DNA of 64,000 nt from Spirochaetia bacterium (GTDB taxonomy: Bacteria; Spirochaetota; Spirochaetia; SP-2023), in the NCBI GenBank assembly GCA_965225855.1, contig CBDDCK010000005.1, positions 768,001-832,000 on the forward strand, given 5' to 3'. This document shows, one piece after another, positions 1 to 10,217 of the stretch. The number at the start of each line of letters is the position of its first letter. Position 1 is the first letter of the stretch. The notes beneath the pieces are model-generated. The model was not told where the DNA came from and made no database searches. It was given only the letters and a program-made list of their open reading frames with translations. The position numbers and the translations under genes are program-made.

Positions 1-9
1 AGGTGTGGT

Positions 10-1041
10 ATGAATTATGCTATTTGGAACAATAAAGGCGGGGTAGGCAAGTCTTTTTTAACGTTTGTGTTGGCCACAGAATACGCCAAAGCGCACCCCA
101 AACAACAAGTATGTGTGATAGACATGTGCCCGCAGGCCAATGTGAGCGAAATACTTTTAGGTGGCAACGGCAAGGGCCATAAAAATATCTCTAGCTTTCT
201 TTCTAGCACGGACAATAGAGGAAGAACAACCATCGGAGGGTATTTGGACAAAAGATTATCCCAGCCCGATAGCAAGACTGGCAATGAATCCCATTATGCC
301 ATAGCGATAAAAAAAGATTTTGCAATAAGTAACATTCCCAACAATCTTTTATTGGTTTGTGGCGATCCTTCGTTGGAGCTGCAAGTACAGTCTATTAATC
401 AAATAGCTTCGGTAGATTTGCCGGAAGGCCGATGGGGCAATGTGCATCACTGGATTCAAGACCTTATCGATGGAATCTCTAGCAATTACGACAACAATGT
501 GGTTTATTTTATAGATTGTAACCCCAGTTTTGCCACCTACACAGCCCAAGCGGTATTGGCAGCCCAAAGGTTGATCGTACCGTGTACTGCCGATGGAGCT
601 TCGGCGCGGGCTATAGACAACATTGGCCAATTATTATATGGCGTTGGGGTGTCGCAACTGTATGCCAAAACCAATTTTTGCGCCAAAGCCAAGGAAAACC
701 ATTTGGAAATTCCTAAAATACACCTTGTTTTGCTCAATAGATACACTACCAGTAGCAATGCCCCCAGTAAAGCATTTGAAGCTATGTACAAAGAAGTAAG
801 GAATAGAGTCTCTACATTTACTGGCAAAGATATTTTACTGAACAATGATACAGAGAGAACTTGCCAAGAGATACCCGATGCCCACGCGGTAGCGATAACT
901 TCTTCGGAGTTAGCAATTCCTATTTCAGAATTAACGGCTAAAGCATATCCATTACAACACGGCCAAACACAGATTAACCAAGCACCGCTAGAACGCTATC
1001 AAAAGGCCATCAATAAGATACTTCCATTATTATTGCAATAG
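10..1041 (+). CDS. ParA/MinD-family ATPase
   Basis: Deviant Walker A NKGGVGKS, IDMCPQAN and FIDCNP motifs; RBS-like AGGTG upstream. Confidence 0.85.
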   Translation: MNYAIWNNKGGVGKSFLTFVLATEYAKAHPKQQVCVIDMCPQANVSEILLGGNGKGHKNISSFLSSTDNRGRTTIGGYLDKRLSQPDSKTGNESHYAIAIKKDFAISNIPNNLLLVCGDPSLELQVQSINQIASVDLPEGRWGNVHHWIQDLIDGISSNYDNNVVYFIDCNPSFATYTAQAVLAAQRLIVPCTADGASARAIDNIGQLLYGVGVSQLYAKTNFCAKAKENHLEIPKIHLVLLNRYTTSSNAPSKAFEAMYKEVRNRVSTFTGKDILLNNDTERTCQEIPDAHAVAITSSELAIPISELTAKAYPLQHGQTQINQAPLERYQKAINKILPLLLQ

Positions 1042-1068
1042 TTTGGCTACCCCCCAAAAGCGCCCCGG

Positions 1069-1178
1069 CTAAATACGGGGAGAGCTTAGGCTAAATACGG
1101 GAAGAGCTTTAGACAAATACGGGGAGAGCTTCGGCTAAATACGGGAATAAGTTTGACGCAATACGCAAATAAATTATC
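1069..1178 (+). repeat. 22-bp tandem repeat array 1 (5 units, core CTAAATACG)
   Basis: Units start at 1069, 1091, 1113, 1135, 1157; the last is degenerate. Confidence 0.95.
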
Positions 1179-1192
1179 GTTATACAGTATAA
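1153..1192 (+). promoter_or_regulatory. Putative sigma70 promoter plus palindrome upstream of mod1
   Basis: TTGACG-16 nt-TATCGT, then TTATAC-A-GTATAA (1180-1192), then AGGAG RBS. Confidence 0.55.
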
Positions 1193-1208
1193 ACAAATAG
1201 GAGAAACT

Positions 1209-3095
1209 ATGAAGACCCCACCCCTAAGCCTAGAATACCTAAAGAATTTACTACAAGCCCAGCCGCACTACCTAGACCAAGAGGGCGAGCTAAACACGGC
1301 TTTATTGTATAAGCTAGCCCAGCAGTGCCAGCGCAATTTGCTGGAATTGTTGTTTGCCGATACGGCTGCGCGCAAGGCGTTTTTCTTGGAACAAGGCGGG
1401 GTTACGGTATTTGTGCGCGACCATTTTATCGACTACATACAGCACAAACGCTTTGTGGCCAATAGCTACACCGCCTATCGTAACAAAATTGGCTTGCACG
1501 ATGAGCACGACTATCTAAAGAAAAGCCAAGATGTGGTGCTGGCCTTTCCGTTTAAAGACTGCGTACTGGAAGGTGGCCAAACTAAAGACGATGCCAAGCG
1601 CAGCGAACGCTACTACCACCGCATACTGGCGATAGAACAACTTGACCGCTTGCTGGACCCCAAAGTGCTAACTAACGCGCGCCGCTATACTAAGGAGGGC
1701 CCAAGCGAATGTAGGGAATTTACCCGCAAACCAAGCGACCATACCATTAGCGATAATTTGATTATTAAAGGCAACAATTTAATTGCGTTGCATACCATCA
1801 AGGAACAGTTTGCCAAAAAAGTACAGCTGATCTACATCGACCCACCGTATAACACCGGCAACGATAGCTTTTTGTATAACGACAACTTTAACCACAGCAC
1901 TTGGTTGGTATTTATGAAAAATCGCCTAGAAGCAGCGCGCGAACTGCTGCGAGACGATGGCGTGATTTTTGTTCAGTGTGATGACAACGAACAGGCTTAT
2001 TTGAAGGTACTCATGGACGAAGTCTTTGGACGGGAGAATTTTGTTGCTAGTTTAGTTTATAAAAGAAGAAAAACCCAAGCAAATCTAACTAAGTGGATTG
2101 CTCCTATACATGAATATATTTTAGGATTTGCGAAGAGTAAAAATAGTTTATCAATAAATAGAATACCTTTGCGACAAGAGTATGTGAAAGAAATGTATAA
2201 GAATCCTGATAATGATTCCCGTGGTTTATGGAGAACGAAACCGTTAGCATCGCCTGATAACTCACCTAACAAAGAGTTTGAATTAGATTTAAGAAACGGC
2301 AGAAAAATTAAAGCAAAATGGAGAGTTTCCCAAAAGACTTATGATCAATACTTAAAAGATAATTTAGTCGTTATCCCTAGAGGCGGGGAAGGAATGCCTA
2401 ATGCAAAAGTTTTTTTGAAAGATAATGAAGGGCAAATACCTAATACTCTTTTAATTGATGTTGCAACGAATGAACAAGGCAGTAAAGAAATAGAACTTAT
2501 TTTTGGCTCTAATAGTGCTTTTGCCTATCCCAAGCCGGAAGGGCTGTTACAAAGGATTATCGAGATTGCCACTAAGCAAGGCGACCTAGTGCTAGACTTT
2601 TGTTTGGGCAGCGGAACTACTGCGGCGGTTGCCCACAAAATGGGCAGGCAATATATCGGCATTGAACAAATGGACTATATACAAACTATTGCGGTAGAGC
2701 GCCTTACCAAAGTTATTGCCGGCGAACAGGGCGGCATCAGCAAAAATGTAGCTTGGCAAGGCGGTGGCAGCTTTGTCTATTTAGAGCTGAAAGCGCACAA
2801 CCAAACTTTTATAGGGCGTATTACCGAGGCCACCACCCAAGCGCAAATGGCGCAAATACAGCAAGAGTTACTCAAAAACCCAGATTTGGACTACCGCCTA
2901 AACACCCAAGAGGTACGGCAGAGCGCCGAAGATTTTGCCGCGCTAAGCCTAGACGATCAAAGGCAAGCGCTTATTGACTTTTTGGAACTAAACCAATTAT
3001 ATGTGCCGTATACCGAGCGCAAAGACACGCGCTTTAATTGCACAGACAAAGAAATTAACCTAAGCGAAAGTTTTTACAAGGGAGAAAAATCATGA
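1209..3095 (+). CDS. mod: Type III Mod-like beta-class amino-methyltransferase (copy 1)
   Basis: NLIIKGNNL, motif IV DPPY, central variable region, motif I LDFCLGSGTT. Confidence 0.9.
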   Translation: MKTPPLSLEYLKNLLQAQPHYLDQEGELNTALLYKLAQQCQRNLLELLFADTAARKAFFLEQGGVTVFVRDHFIDYIQHKRFVANSYTAYRNKIGLHDEHDYLKKSQDVVLAFPFKDCVLEGGQTKDDAKRSERYYHRILAIEQLDRLLDPKVLTNARRYTKEGPSECREFTRKPSDHTISDNLIIKGNNLIALHTIKEQFAKKVQLIYIDPPYNTGNDSFLYNDNFNHSTWLVFMKNRLEAARELLRDDGVIFVQCDDNEQAYLKVLMDEVFGRENFVASLVYKRRKTQANLTKWIAPIHEYILGFAKSKNSLSINRIPLRQEYVKEMYKNPDNDSRGLWRTKPLASPDNSPNKEFELDLRNGRKIKAKWRVSQKTYDQYLKDNLVVIPRGGEGMPNAKVFLKDNEGQIPNTLLIDVATNEQGSKEIELIFGSNSAFAYPKPEGLLQRIIEIATKQGDLVLDFCLGSGTTAAVAHKMGRQYIGIEQMDYIQTIAVERLTKVIAGEQGGISKNVAWQGGGSFVYLELKAHNQTFIGRITEATTQAQMAQIQQELLKNPDLDYRLNTQEVRQSAEDFAALSLDDQRQALIDFLELNQLYVPYTERKDTRFNCTDKEINLSESFYKGEKS

Positions 3096-4636
3096 ACGAC
3101 CGTGAAATAGAATTTTTTACACAGATTATTGATAATCCCAATTCTACCAATGAACAGAAGGCGGGGGCGTATGGTAGTAGGGGAAATGCTTACAGCGAAC
3201 AAGGAAAGTATAAAGAGGCCATAGCCGACTTTACCCAAGCCATTGAGCTATTTACAGATAATAACGACAAAGCAATAGCTTATTTCAACAGAGGCCTTAC
3301 TTATTTTCAACAAAAAGGATACGAGCCTGCCATAGCAGACTATAGACAGGCCATTGGCTTATCTACAGATAACAACGACAAAGCAAAGGCGTATTTCAAC
3401 AGAGGCTATGTTTATAGAGAACAAAAAGAATATGAGCCCGCCATAGTGGATTTCACTCAAGCCATTGGGCTATTCACGGATAATAACGACAAAGCCAATG
3501 CGTATTTCAACAGAGGAGCTATTTACGGGGAACAAGAAAAATATAAGCTAGCGATAGCGGATTTTACCCAGGCCATTAGCTTATCTAAAGATAACAACGA
3601 CAAAGCAAAGATATATGATAACAGAGGCAATGCTTACTGTAAAACAGGAAAATACCAACAAGCGATAGCAAACTATACACAAGGGATTGACTTATATACA
3701 GATAACAACGACAAAGCCAATGCGTATTTCAACAGAGGCAATGCGTACAACAAACAAGGAAAATACCAACAAGCGATAGCAAACTATACACAAGGGATTG
3801 ACTTATATACAGATAACAACGACAAAGCCAATGCGTATTTCAACAGAGGCAATGCGTACAACAAACAAGGAAAATATCCAGAAGCCATAGCCGACTATAC
3901 CCAAGCCATTGACTTATACAAAGCGGATAACGACAAAGCAATTGCGTATTTAAACAGAGGCAATGCTTACGGAGAACAAGAAAAATACCAGCAAGCAATA
4001 GATGATTTTACAGAGGCCATTGAGTTATTCACGGATAACAACGATAAAGCAAAGGCATATCATAATAGGGCTATTGTTTACGGAGAACAAGAAAAATACC
4101 AGCAAGCGATAGCGGATTTTACAGAGGCCATTGGCTTATTCACGGATAATAACGACAAAGCCAATGCGTATTATAACATAGGCATTGTTTACGGAGAACA
4201 AGAAAAATACCAGCAAGCAATAGATGATTTTACAGAGGCCATTGAGTTATTCACGGATAACAACGATAAAGCAAAGGCATATCATAATAGGGCTATTGTT
4301 TACGGAGAACAAGAAAAATACCAGCAAGCAATAGATGATTTTACAGAGGCCATTGGCTTATTCACGGATAATAACGACAAAGCCAATGCGTATTATAACA
4401 TAGGCATTGCTTACGGAGAACAAGAAAAATACCAGCAAGCAATAGATGATTTTACAGAGGCCATTGAGTTATTCACGGATAATAACGAAAAAGCAGAGGC
4501 GCATTACAACAGGGGCCTTATTTACAGCAAACAAGAAAAATACGAACAAGCAGTAGCAGATTTTGATGAAGTTACAAAGCTAAACCCAGACCATGAATTA
4601 AAATACTTACAACAAGAAATTGCTGCTATATTATGA
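3092..4636 (+). CDS. TPR protein with about 13 repeats of 37 aa
   Basis: Repeating AYxNRGxxY..Y..AIADFT.AI.L.TDNNDKA; ATGA overlap with the mod1 stop. Confidence 0.92.
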   Translation: MNDREIEFFTQIIDNPNSTNEQKAGAYGSRGNAYSEQGKYKEAIADFTQAIELFTDNNDKAIAYFNRGLTYFQQKGYEPAIADYRQAIGLSTDNNDKAKAYFNRGYVYREQKEYEPAIVDFTQAIGLFTDNNDKANAYFNRGAIYGEQEKYKLAIADFTQAISLSKDNNDKAKIYDNRGNAYCKTGKYQQAIANYTQGIDLYTDNNDKANAYFNRGNAYNKQGKYQQAIANYTQGIDLYTDNNDKANAYFNRGNAYNKQGKYPEAIADYTQAIDLYKADNDKAIAYLNRGNAYGEQEKYQQAIDDFTEAIELFTDNNDKAKAYHNRAIVYGEQEKYQQAIADFTEAIGLFTDNNDKANAYYNIGIVYGEQEKYQQAIDDFTEAIELFTDNNDKAKAYHNRAIVYGEQEKYQQAIDDFTEAIGLFTDNNDKANAYYNIGIAYGEQEKYQQAIDDFTEAIELFTDNNEKAEAHYNRGLIYSKQEKYEQAVADFDEVTKLNPDHELKYLQQEIAAIL

Positions 4637-5790
4637 AACAAGAGTACATAAAGCTTATTGATTATCTCAATATGGCTTTAAGGCGTGGTTTACCGACTGA
4701 ACCTGTAAAAGCATACATTAAAAATACATTTGGCAAACAAGATACTGTTATTGATAGTATACTTGTTATCTTTGAAAATGTTCTCCATATACTAGATGAA
4801 TTAAAGGTAAGCAAAGATTCTAAAGACAAAGTAAAATACCTTTCTCATACAACCAAACTGCCAGTATTTACTAAGTATTTGGTCCCGATAAACAGTGAGG
4901 GAGAACCAGAACTAGGCAAATTGCACATGTACCATATTGCCTATGCCAACGACCCCACCGAAGGAACGGTGCTATTGGACCACTTAGGCATTGCGCACGA
5001 ACCAATAAAATCCAGTGCCAATATTCCCTATGTAATGGTGGCCAGCTTTTGTGGTGGCCAAACACCCGAAGCATTAGACCGTTTGCCCATATGGAGTATG
5101 TACGGCGATGATGCTAAAGGTATTGCCTTGCTCTTTCAAACAGAAGACTTAGCCTATAGTGGGCCAGAGCATGCCCTACCGCGTTTTTCATCATTTGAAT
5201 TTAATAAATTAAGTGATGATAGTAAGCAAGGCAAAGTGGCTACAGTGGCACAAAAAAATAAAGAAAGCACAGAAGAAGCGCCCCCACAGATATTATACAA
5301 AGTCCGATATATAGATAGCAGCAACCAAGAAGTGGATGGGGAAATGAAGGAAATAAGAGACAGCCTTAAACAAATAAAAGAAAAAGAGCAACAAATAAAG
5401 GAAGAGAATAAAAATGACCTTTCGATATACCATAAATGCTTAGAGTTACTAAACGGCATACGCTATTTGATAAAAGACAAAAGCTATGCCCACGAACAAG
5501 AATATCGTTTCGTGTGTTTTGCCGGTACCGAACATATCCCTGAAATACTAAAAAGAGAAGTGCTTACAGAACCAGAACAAGAGCCAAAAGATACCCAAGA
5601 CCATAGCCGCTCTCGTATTTATGTAGAAACCGATATACTAAAGAAGCTATGCGCGGTACTAACGGCCCCGAAAATAGAAAAGGGAAACGTCCTAGATATA
5701 CAGTATATTTTGCATTGGTATACAAAGTCGGACCAATTCCTCAAACCAGAACAATTGCCCGTATATACAAGCAGTATTCCGTACCGCTAG
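4633..5790 (+). CDS. DUF2971-like protein
   Basis: YANDPTEG, LPIWSMYGD.KGIAL and IKDKSYAHEQEYR motifs; ATGA overlap with the TPR gene. Confidence 0.7.
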   Translation: MKQEYIKLIDYLNMALRRGLPTEPVKAYIKNTFGKQDTVIDSILVIFENVLHILDELKVSKDSKDKVKYLSHTTKLPVFTKYLVPINSEGEPELGKLHMYHIAYANDPTEGTVLLDHLGIAHEPIKSSANIPYVMVASFCGGQTPEALDRLPIWSMYGDDAKGIALLFQTEDLAYSGPEHALPRFSSFEFNKLSDDSKQGKVATVAQKNKESTEEAPPQILYKVRYIDSSNQEVDGEMKEIRDSLKQIKEKEQQIKEENKNDLSIYHKCLELLNGIRYLIKDKSYAHEQEYRFVCFAGTEHIPEILKREVLTEPEQEPKDTQDHSRSRIYVETDILKKLCAVLTAPKIEKGNVLDIQYILHWYTKSDQFLKPEQLPVYTSSIPYR

Positions 5791-5807
5791 CTTGCGGCCC
5801 GGCCCGG

Positions 5808-5874
5808 CTCAATACGCAAAGCGCCCCGCTCTAAATACCGAGAGAGCCCCGGCAATATATGCAAAGAACTTTAG
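5808..5874 (+). repeat. Degenerate 22-bp repeat array (about 3 units)
   Basis: ctcaatacgcaaagcgcccc, ctaaataccgagagagccccgg, caatatatgcaaagaactttag. Confidence 0.65.
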
Positions 5875-5885
5875 CAATATAGCGA

Positions 5886-5913
5886 TGGACAAAAATAAAA
5901 GGCACGGTACAAT
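5886..5913 (+). promoter_or_regulatory. Putative promoter of the TIR operon
   Basis: TGGACA-16 nt-TACAAT upstream of a TAAGGAG RBS. Confidence 0.45.
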
Positions 5914-5965
5914 ACTTTTGCTAAGCTATGTTTTAGCCGATAGTAAAGGTTAAGGAGAAACTATT

Positions 5966-6379
5966 ATGAAAACCTACCATTTGTTTATAAGCCATTCTTG
6001 GACTTATGAAAATCAGTATGATAACCTTGTGAATTTATTAAATAATGCGCAGGATTTTAGGTACAAGAATTATTCTGTAGCGAAAGACAACCCTATCCAT
6101 ACTAATGGAACAAACAAACAATTACGAGTTGCGATAGCAGAAAAGATACGAAATAGCTCTGTTATATTAGTTCTTGCTGGAGTATATGCAACATATAGCA
6201 AATGGATTAATATAGAGATAGAAATAGCTAAAAACGACTTTTCACGCAAAAAGCCGATTATTGCCCTTGAACCGCGGGGAGCAAACAGAACATCTCAATA
6301 TGTAAAAGAGAATGCCGATGCCATAGTCAAATGGAATACCAATAGTATAGTTAAAGCCATTCAAGAGCTACGCTCGTAA
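5966..6379 (+). CDS. TIR-domain protein (MTH538/ThsB-like)
   Basis: LFISHSW start, SKWINIEIEIA with a putative catalytic Glu, KKPII. Confidence 0.85.
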   Translation: MKTYHLFISHSWTYENQYDNLVNLLNNAQDFRYKNYSVAKDNPIHTNGTNKQLRVAIAEKIRNSSVILVLAGVYATYSKWINIEIEIAKNDFSRKKPIIALEPRGANRTSQYVKENADAIVKWNTNSIVKAIQELRS

Positions 6380-6380
6380 T

Positions 6381-6851
6381 ATGAAAAAGCAAGATAACCC
6401 CGAAATAAGTACCTTATTAGAATTGTACAAACTCTATGTACAAACCGCAGAAAGCACCAGCGATAGAAGGCTGCGCAGTAACCGGTTTTACCTTACCTTT
6501 TGTTCTGTGCTGGCCAGCAGTGCCTATGCTCTGTTTCAGTTGGGGAAAGCAGACGGCTTATTTATATTTATTGCCAGTATTTTTGGCGTGTTGTTTTCTT
6601 TTGTGTGGCTGTGCAATATACGCTCTTACAAGGCCTTAAACAGCGGCAAGTTTGCGGTTATCCATAAGTTAGAGCAACAATTGCCTTTTGCCTGCTTTAG
6701 CGAAGAATGGCAGGAATTAGGGCGCCTGGGCTATAATCAGCGTATAAAGTACCGGCTGCTTAGCAATATTGAAAGTTTTGTACCGATGATCTTTATTGCC
6801 GGCTTTAAGCTGGTGATTCTGCTATATATCTATAGTTATTTTTGGGGCTAA
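6381..6851 (+). CDS. Small multi-TM membrane protein, candidate effector of the TIR gene
   Basis: About 3 hydrophobic segments; YVQTAESTSDRRLRSNRFY and YKALNSGKF.VI..LE..LP motifs; 1 nt after the TIR stop. Confidence 0.7.
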   Translation: MKKQDNPEISTLLELYKLYVQTAESTSDRRLRSNRFYLTFCSVLASSAYALFQLGKADGLFIFIASIFGVLFSFVWLCNIRSYKALNSGKFAVIHKLEQQLPFACFSEEWQELGRLGYNQRIKYRLLSNIESFVPMIFIAGFKLVILLYIYSYFWG

Positions 6852-7079
6852 GCGCCTAGCATTGCTGCCAATAGCCAAAGCGCCCGGGCCATTCACGGTG
6901 GGGTAAATACCAAAACCCTTATAAAATGCTTTTCAAAATCTTAGCTACATAATATCAAAAAGCATATAAACTAGAGTAAAGCACATTTTAGTAACCAACA
7001 AAAGTAAAGGCGGGGTAGGCTATTATGCTAAGATATTGATTATTAGATTGCTTGGGATAGAATTTATTGATAAGGGCTT

Positions 7080-8780
7080 GTGATGGCATACAATACACCG
7101 ATACATACCGAAAATCAAACTTTGGAAGAAATATTTGCCAATAGCAAACAGTACCAAGTACCTAAATTCCAGCGGGACTATTCTTGGGAACAAGAGCAAT
7201 GGCAAGTATTGTGGGACGATATTCAAACTATTGCCGAAGCTAGCGAAGACTACCACTATATGGGCTACTTAGTATTACAACAGGGGCAGCAAAACAAACA
7301 ATTTATTGTTGTCGATGGCCAGCAACGGCTTACGACCTTTTCTTTACTGGCACTTAGTGCGATTGGCAGGTTTAAGCAGTTAGGGCATGCGGATACCGCT
7401 AAAGAGTTTTTCCGCCGTTTTATTGGTTCAGAACAATATAGCTTTATTAAGATAACAGAGAAAAAACTTATCTTAAACAAGAACAATGAATATTATTACA
7501 ATCAATTAGTTAGCTTTTACAAACAAGACGCAGCAGCACAGCAAGCCCCGATACACAAGAGAGGCCAAAAGCAAACCGTTATTCTTATGGGCAAAGCGAT
7601 AGAGTATTTTAGCCAGCAGCTGGCTGGGCTAAGTGCCCAAAAAATCAGTGAGCTACTGCAAACTATGGCCGAGCGGGTATTGTTTACCACTATTTTTATT
7701 GCCGATCAAGTAAATGCCTACAAGATTTTTGAAACCTTAAACGCGCGCGGCGTACAGCTTAGCACGGGAGACTTACTAAAAAACTATATTTTTTCAGCAA
7801 TAGATACAAATGGACAAATCCCCGATGAAGAGCTAAACAGACTGGAAGAGATATGGGAAAACATAGGCCACAACGTTGGCAAGCATAAATACAGCGACTA
7901 TATTTTAGTGCAATGGAAAAGTAGCCATAGGCCTTTGCGCCCCAAACAACACCTTTTTACCACGATAAAAAAGCAGGTTTGTGGCGAGCAGCAAGCCAGT
8001 ACATACTTACAAATATTAGAACAAGACAGCGAGTTGTACAGTGCTTTGCTGGATTATGAGCACCATCTTTGGAAAGATTTTGACCAGTACCAGCAAGTAA
8101 CACAAGATATACGGGTACTGAATTTGTTTAACCTAAAGCAACCGATTAGCGTATTGCTAGCTGCGTACAAAAAATACAAGCCCAAACAATTTGCCACTAT
8201 ATTGCATTGGCTGATGGTATTTTCTATCCGCTACAATGTGATTTGCCGCTTGTATGCCAGTGAGCAAGAACATTTTTATAGTAAATTATGCCAACAAATA
8301 CAGCAACAAACGCCACTTGCCGAAGTAAAAACAACTATGCTGCAAGGTTTGTACCCCAACGATGAACTATTTAAACGGGCTTTTAGCGAAAAGTCCCTGC
8401 CAACCGAACAATCAAATAAGAAAGCTCGCTATATACTGGTAGCCCTGTGCCAATGCATGGGCGATAAAGCCCTTGATGAACAGCAACTTACCGTAGAACA
8501 CTTATTGCCACTAAAGCCCAATCAATTTTGGCAAGATAGTTTTGAGCAATCCACTAAGGCCTTTGCTACCCGTTTGGGCAATATGGCCCTAGTGGATTCT
8601 AAGATCAATCAGGAATTGGGGCAAAAACCCTTTGCCCAGAAAAGGCAGATGATCTTACAACAAAACATTTGCCCAATAAACCAAAGCCTGGCCGATTATA
8701 TGGAATGGACAACCGATACAATCCATTCGCGCCAAAGGGAAATGGCGCAAACAGCGTGCCGAACTTGGCAAATCAATTAA
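7080..8780 (+). CDS. GmrSD-like DUF262 + DUF1524 (HNH) nuclease
   Basis: FQRDYSW, VDGQQRLTT, FETLNARG, VEHLLP, LGNMAL. Confidence 0.88.
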   Translation: MMAYNTPIHTENQTLEEIFANSKQYQVPKFQRDYSWEQEQWQVLWDDIQTIAEASEDYHYMGYLVLQQGQQNKQFIVVDGQQRLTTFSLLALSAIGRFKQLGHADTAKEFFRRFIGSEQYSFIKITEKKLILNKNNEYYYNQLVSFYKQDAAAQQAPIHKRGQKQTVILMGKAIEYFSQQLAGLSAQKISELLQTMAERVLFTTIFIADQVNAYKIFETLNARGVQLSTGDLLKNYIFSAIDTNGQIPDEELNRLEEIWENIGHNVGKHKYSDYILVQWKSSHRPLRPKQHLFTTIKKQVCGEQQASTYLQILEQDSELYSALLDYEHHLWKDFDQYQQVTQDIRVLNLFNLKQPISVLLAAYKKYKPKQFATILHWLMVFSIRYNVICRLYASEQEHFYSKLCQQIQQQTPLAEVKTTMLQGLYPNDELFKRAFSEKSLPTEQSNKKARYILVALCQCMGDKALDEQQLTVEHLLPLKPNQFWQDSFEQSTKAFATRLGNMALVDSKINQELGQKPFAQKRQMILQQNICPINQSLADYMEWTTDTIHSRQREMAQTACRTWQIN

Positions 8781-8801
8781 CATACAGGCAAACCACCCCG
8801 G

Positions 8802-8911
8802 CTAAATACGGGAAGAGCCCGAGCTAAATACGGAGAGAGCTTGGGCTAAATACGGGGAGAGCCCGCCCTAAATACGGGAATAACTTCGGCGCAATACGCA
8901 AATAGATTATA
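8802..8911 (+). repeat. 22-bp tandem repeat array 2 (5 units)
   Basis: Units start at 8802, 8824, 8846, 8868, 8890. Confidence 0.95.
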
Positions 8912-8941
8912 GTTATATAGTATAAACAAATAGGAGAAACC

Positions 8942-9109
8942 ATGAAAAGCCAATCCCTAAGCCTAGAATCCTTAAAAGCTTTGCTAAAGGCACAACACCA
9001 CTACCTAGACCAAGAAGGCGAGCTAAACACAGCTTTGCTGCATAAGCTAGCCCAACAGTGTGAGCACAATTTGCTGGAATTGTTATGGGCAGACAAAATT
9101 ATTGGATAA
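8942..9109 (+). pseudogene. 5' remnant of a mod paralog (55 aa)
   Basis: MKSQSLSLESLKALLKAQHHYLDQEGELNTALLHKLAQQCEHNLLELL matches the mod N-termini, then stops. Confidence 0.9.
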
Positions 9110-9126
9110 AGAGAGTTTGATTTTTT

Positions 9127-9294
9127 ATGAATAAACCTAGTAAAGAGACTAAATTTAAAACGGTTATCGAGAGAAATACCTTTTATTTTTACAACAAGAT
9201 ATTTGAAGAAAAATATGAAGGATATTTAAATTCTCTAAAAGAAACTTTAGTGATTCTAAAATATAAAATAGAAGAGGTTTTTTCTGGAAAATAA
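9127..9294 (+). pseudogene. 55-aa ORF, possible truncated restriction endonuclease
   Basis: MNKPSKETKFKTVIERNTFYFYNKIFEEKYEGYLNSLKETL...; directly upstream of an MTase; resemblance to a DpnII-family N-terminus is from memory only. Confidence 0.4.
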
Positions 9295-9299
9295 GTTTT

Positions 9300-10217
9300 A
9301 TGTTAGAAAGTTATTTGAACAAAATTATTCAAGGCGACTGTTTACCATTATTAAAAGGCATTCCCAATGATTCTATAGATATTACATTTGCAGACCCACC
9401 TTTTAATTTAAAGAAGAAATATAATGGATATAAAGATAGTTTAGAATTTATAGAATATATTAATTGGTGTGAAGAATGGATAAAAGAAATGATTAGAATA
9501 ACCAAACCTACGGGTTCTATCTTTTTACATAATATACCTAAATGGCTAACTTTCTATGTGGGTATACTGAACAAATACGCTTATTTCAAGCATTGGATAG
9601 TGTGGAATGCCCCGAGTTCTCCTATGGGCAAAAGTTTACAACCCAATCATTATGGCATTTTGTTCTATACCAAACAAAGTAACAACACAAAGATTTATGA
9701 ATTGAGAATGCCACATGAAAGGGAAAGGAAAACGACATTTCTAAGAAAAGATTACGGTGGAAAGAAGGGAGGATTGCATCCTTTTGGCCCTTTGGTTTCC
9801 GATGTATGGTCGGATATACATAGAATCAAACATGCCAAATATAGAAATGCCCATCCTTGCCAACTACCAGTTCATTTATTAGAAAGGATAATATTATTGA
9901 CAACAGACCAACATGATATAGTTTTCGATCCTTTTGTTGGCACTGGCACCACAGCGGTAGCAGCCAAGAAATTAAATAGAAAGTTTATTGGTTTTGACTT
10001 AGCTCAAGAATACGTAAAAGTAGCTCAAGAAAATTTAGCTGCGGTACAACCAAACTCAAAAATTAACGATATATGGGTGAGTTTCTATTTAGAAGAGATA
10101 AAAACCATAAGAGATAAAGACTGGGATATACTATCAAGAAATTTTGAAATACCCAGCAACTTAACAGAAATTGACTTTAAAAAGATCAAACTGAAAAATG
10201 TTTCCAGTCTTTTTTGA
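9300..10217 (+). CDS. Beta-class N6A/N4C DNA methyltransferase (type II-like)
   Basis: IIQGDC, ADPPFN, HPCQLP, FDPFVGTGTT. Confidence 0.9.
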   Translation: MLESYLNKIIQGDCLPLLKGIPNDSIDITFADPPFNLKKKYNGYKDSLEFIEYINWCEEWIKEMIRITKPTGSIFLHNIPKWLTFYVGILNKYAYFKHWIVWNAPSSPMGKSLQPNHYGILFYTKQSNNTKIYELRMPHERERKTTFLRKDYGGKKGGLHPFGPLVSDVWSDIHRIKHAKYRNAHPCQLPVHLLERIILLTTDQHDIVFDPFVGTGTTAVAAKKLNRKFIGFDLAQEYVKVAQENLAAVQPNSKINDIWVSFYLEEIKTIRDKDWDILSRNFEIPSNLTEIDFKKIKLKNVSSLF

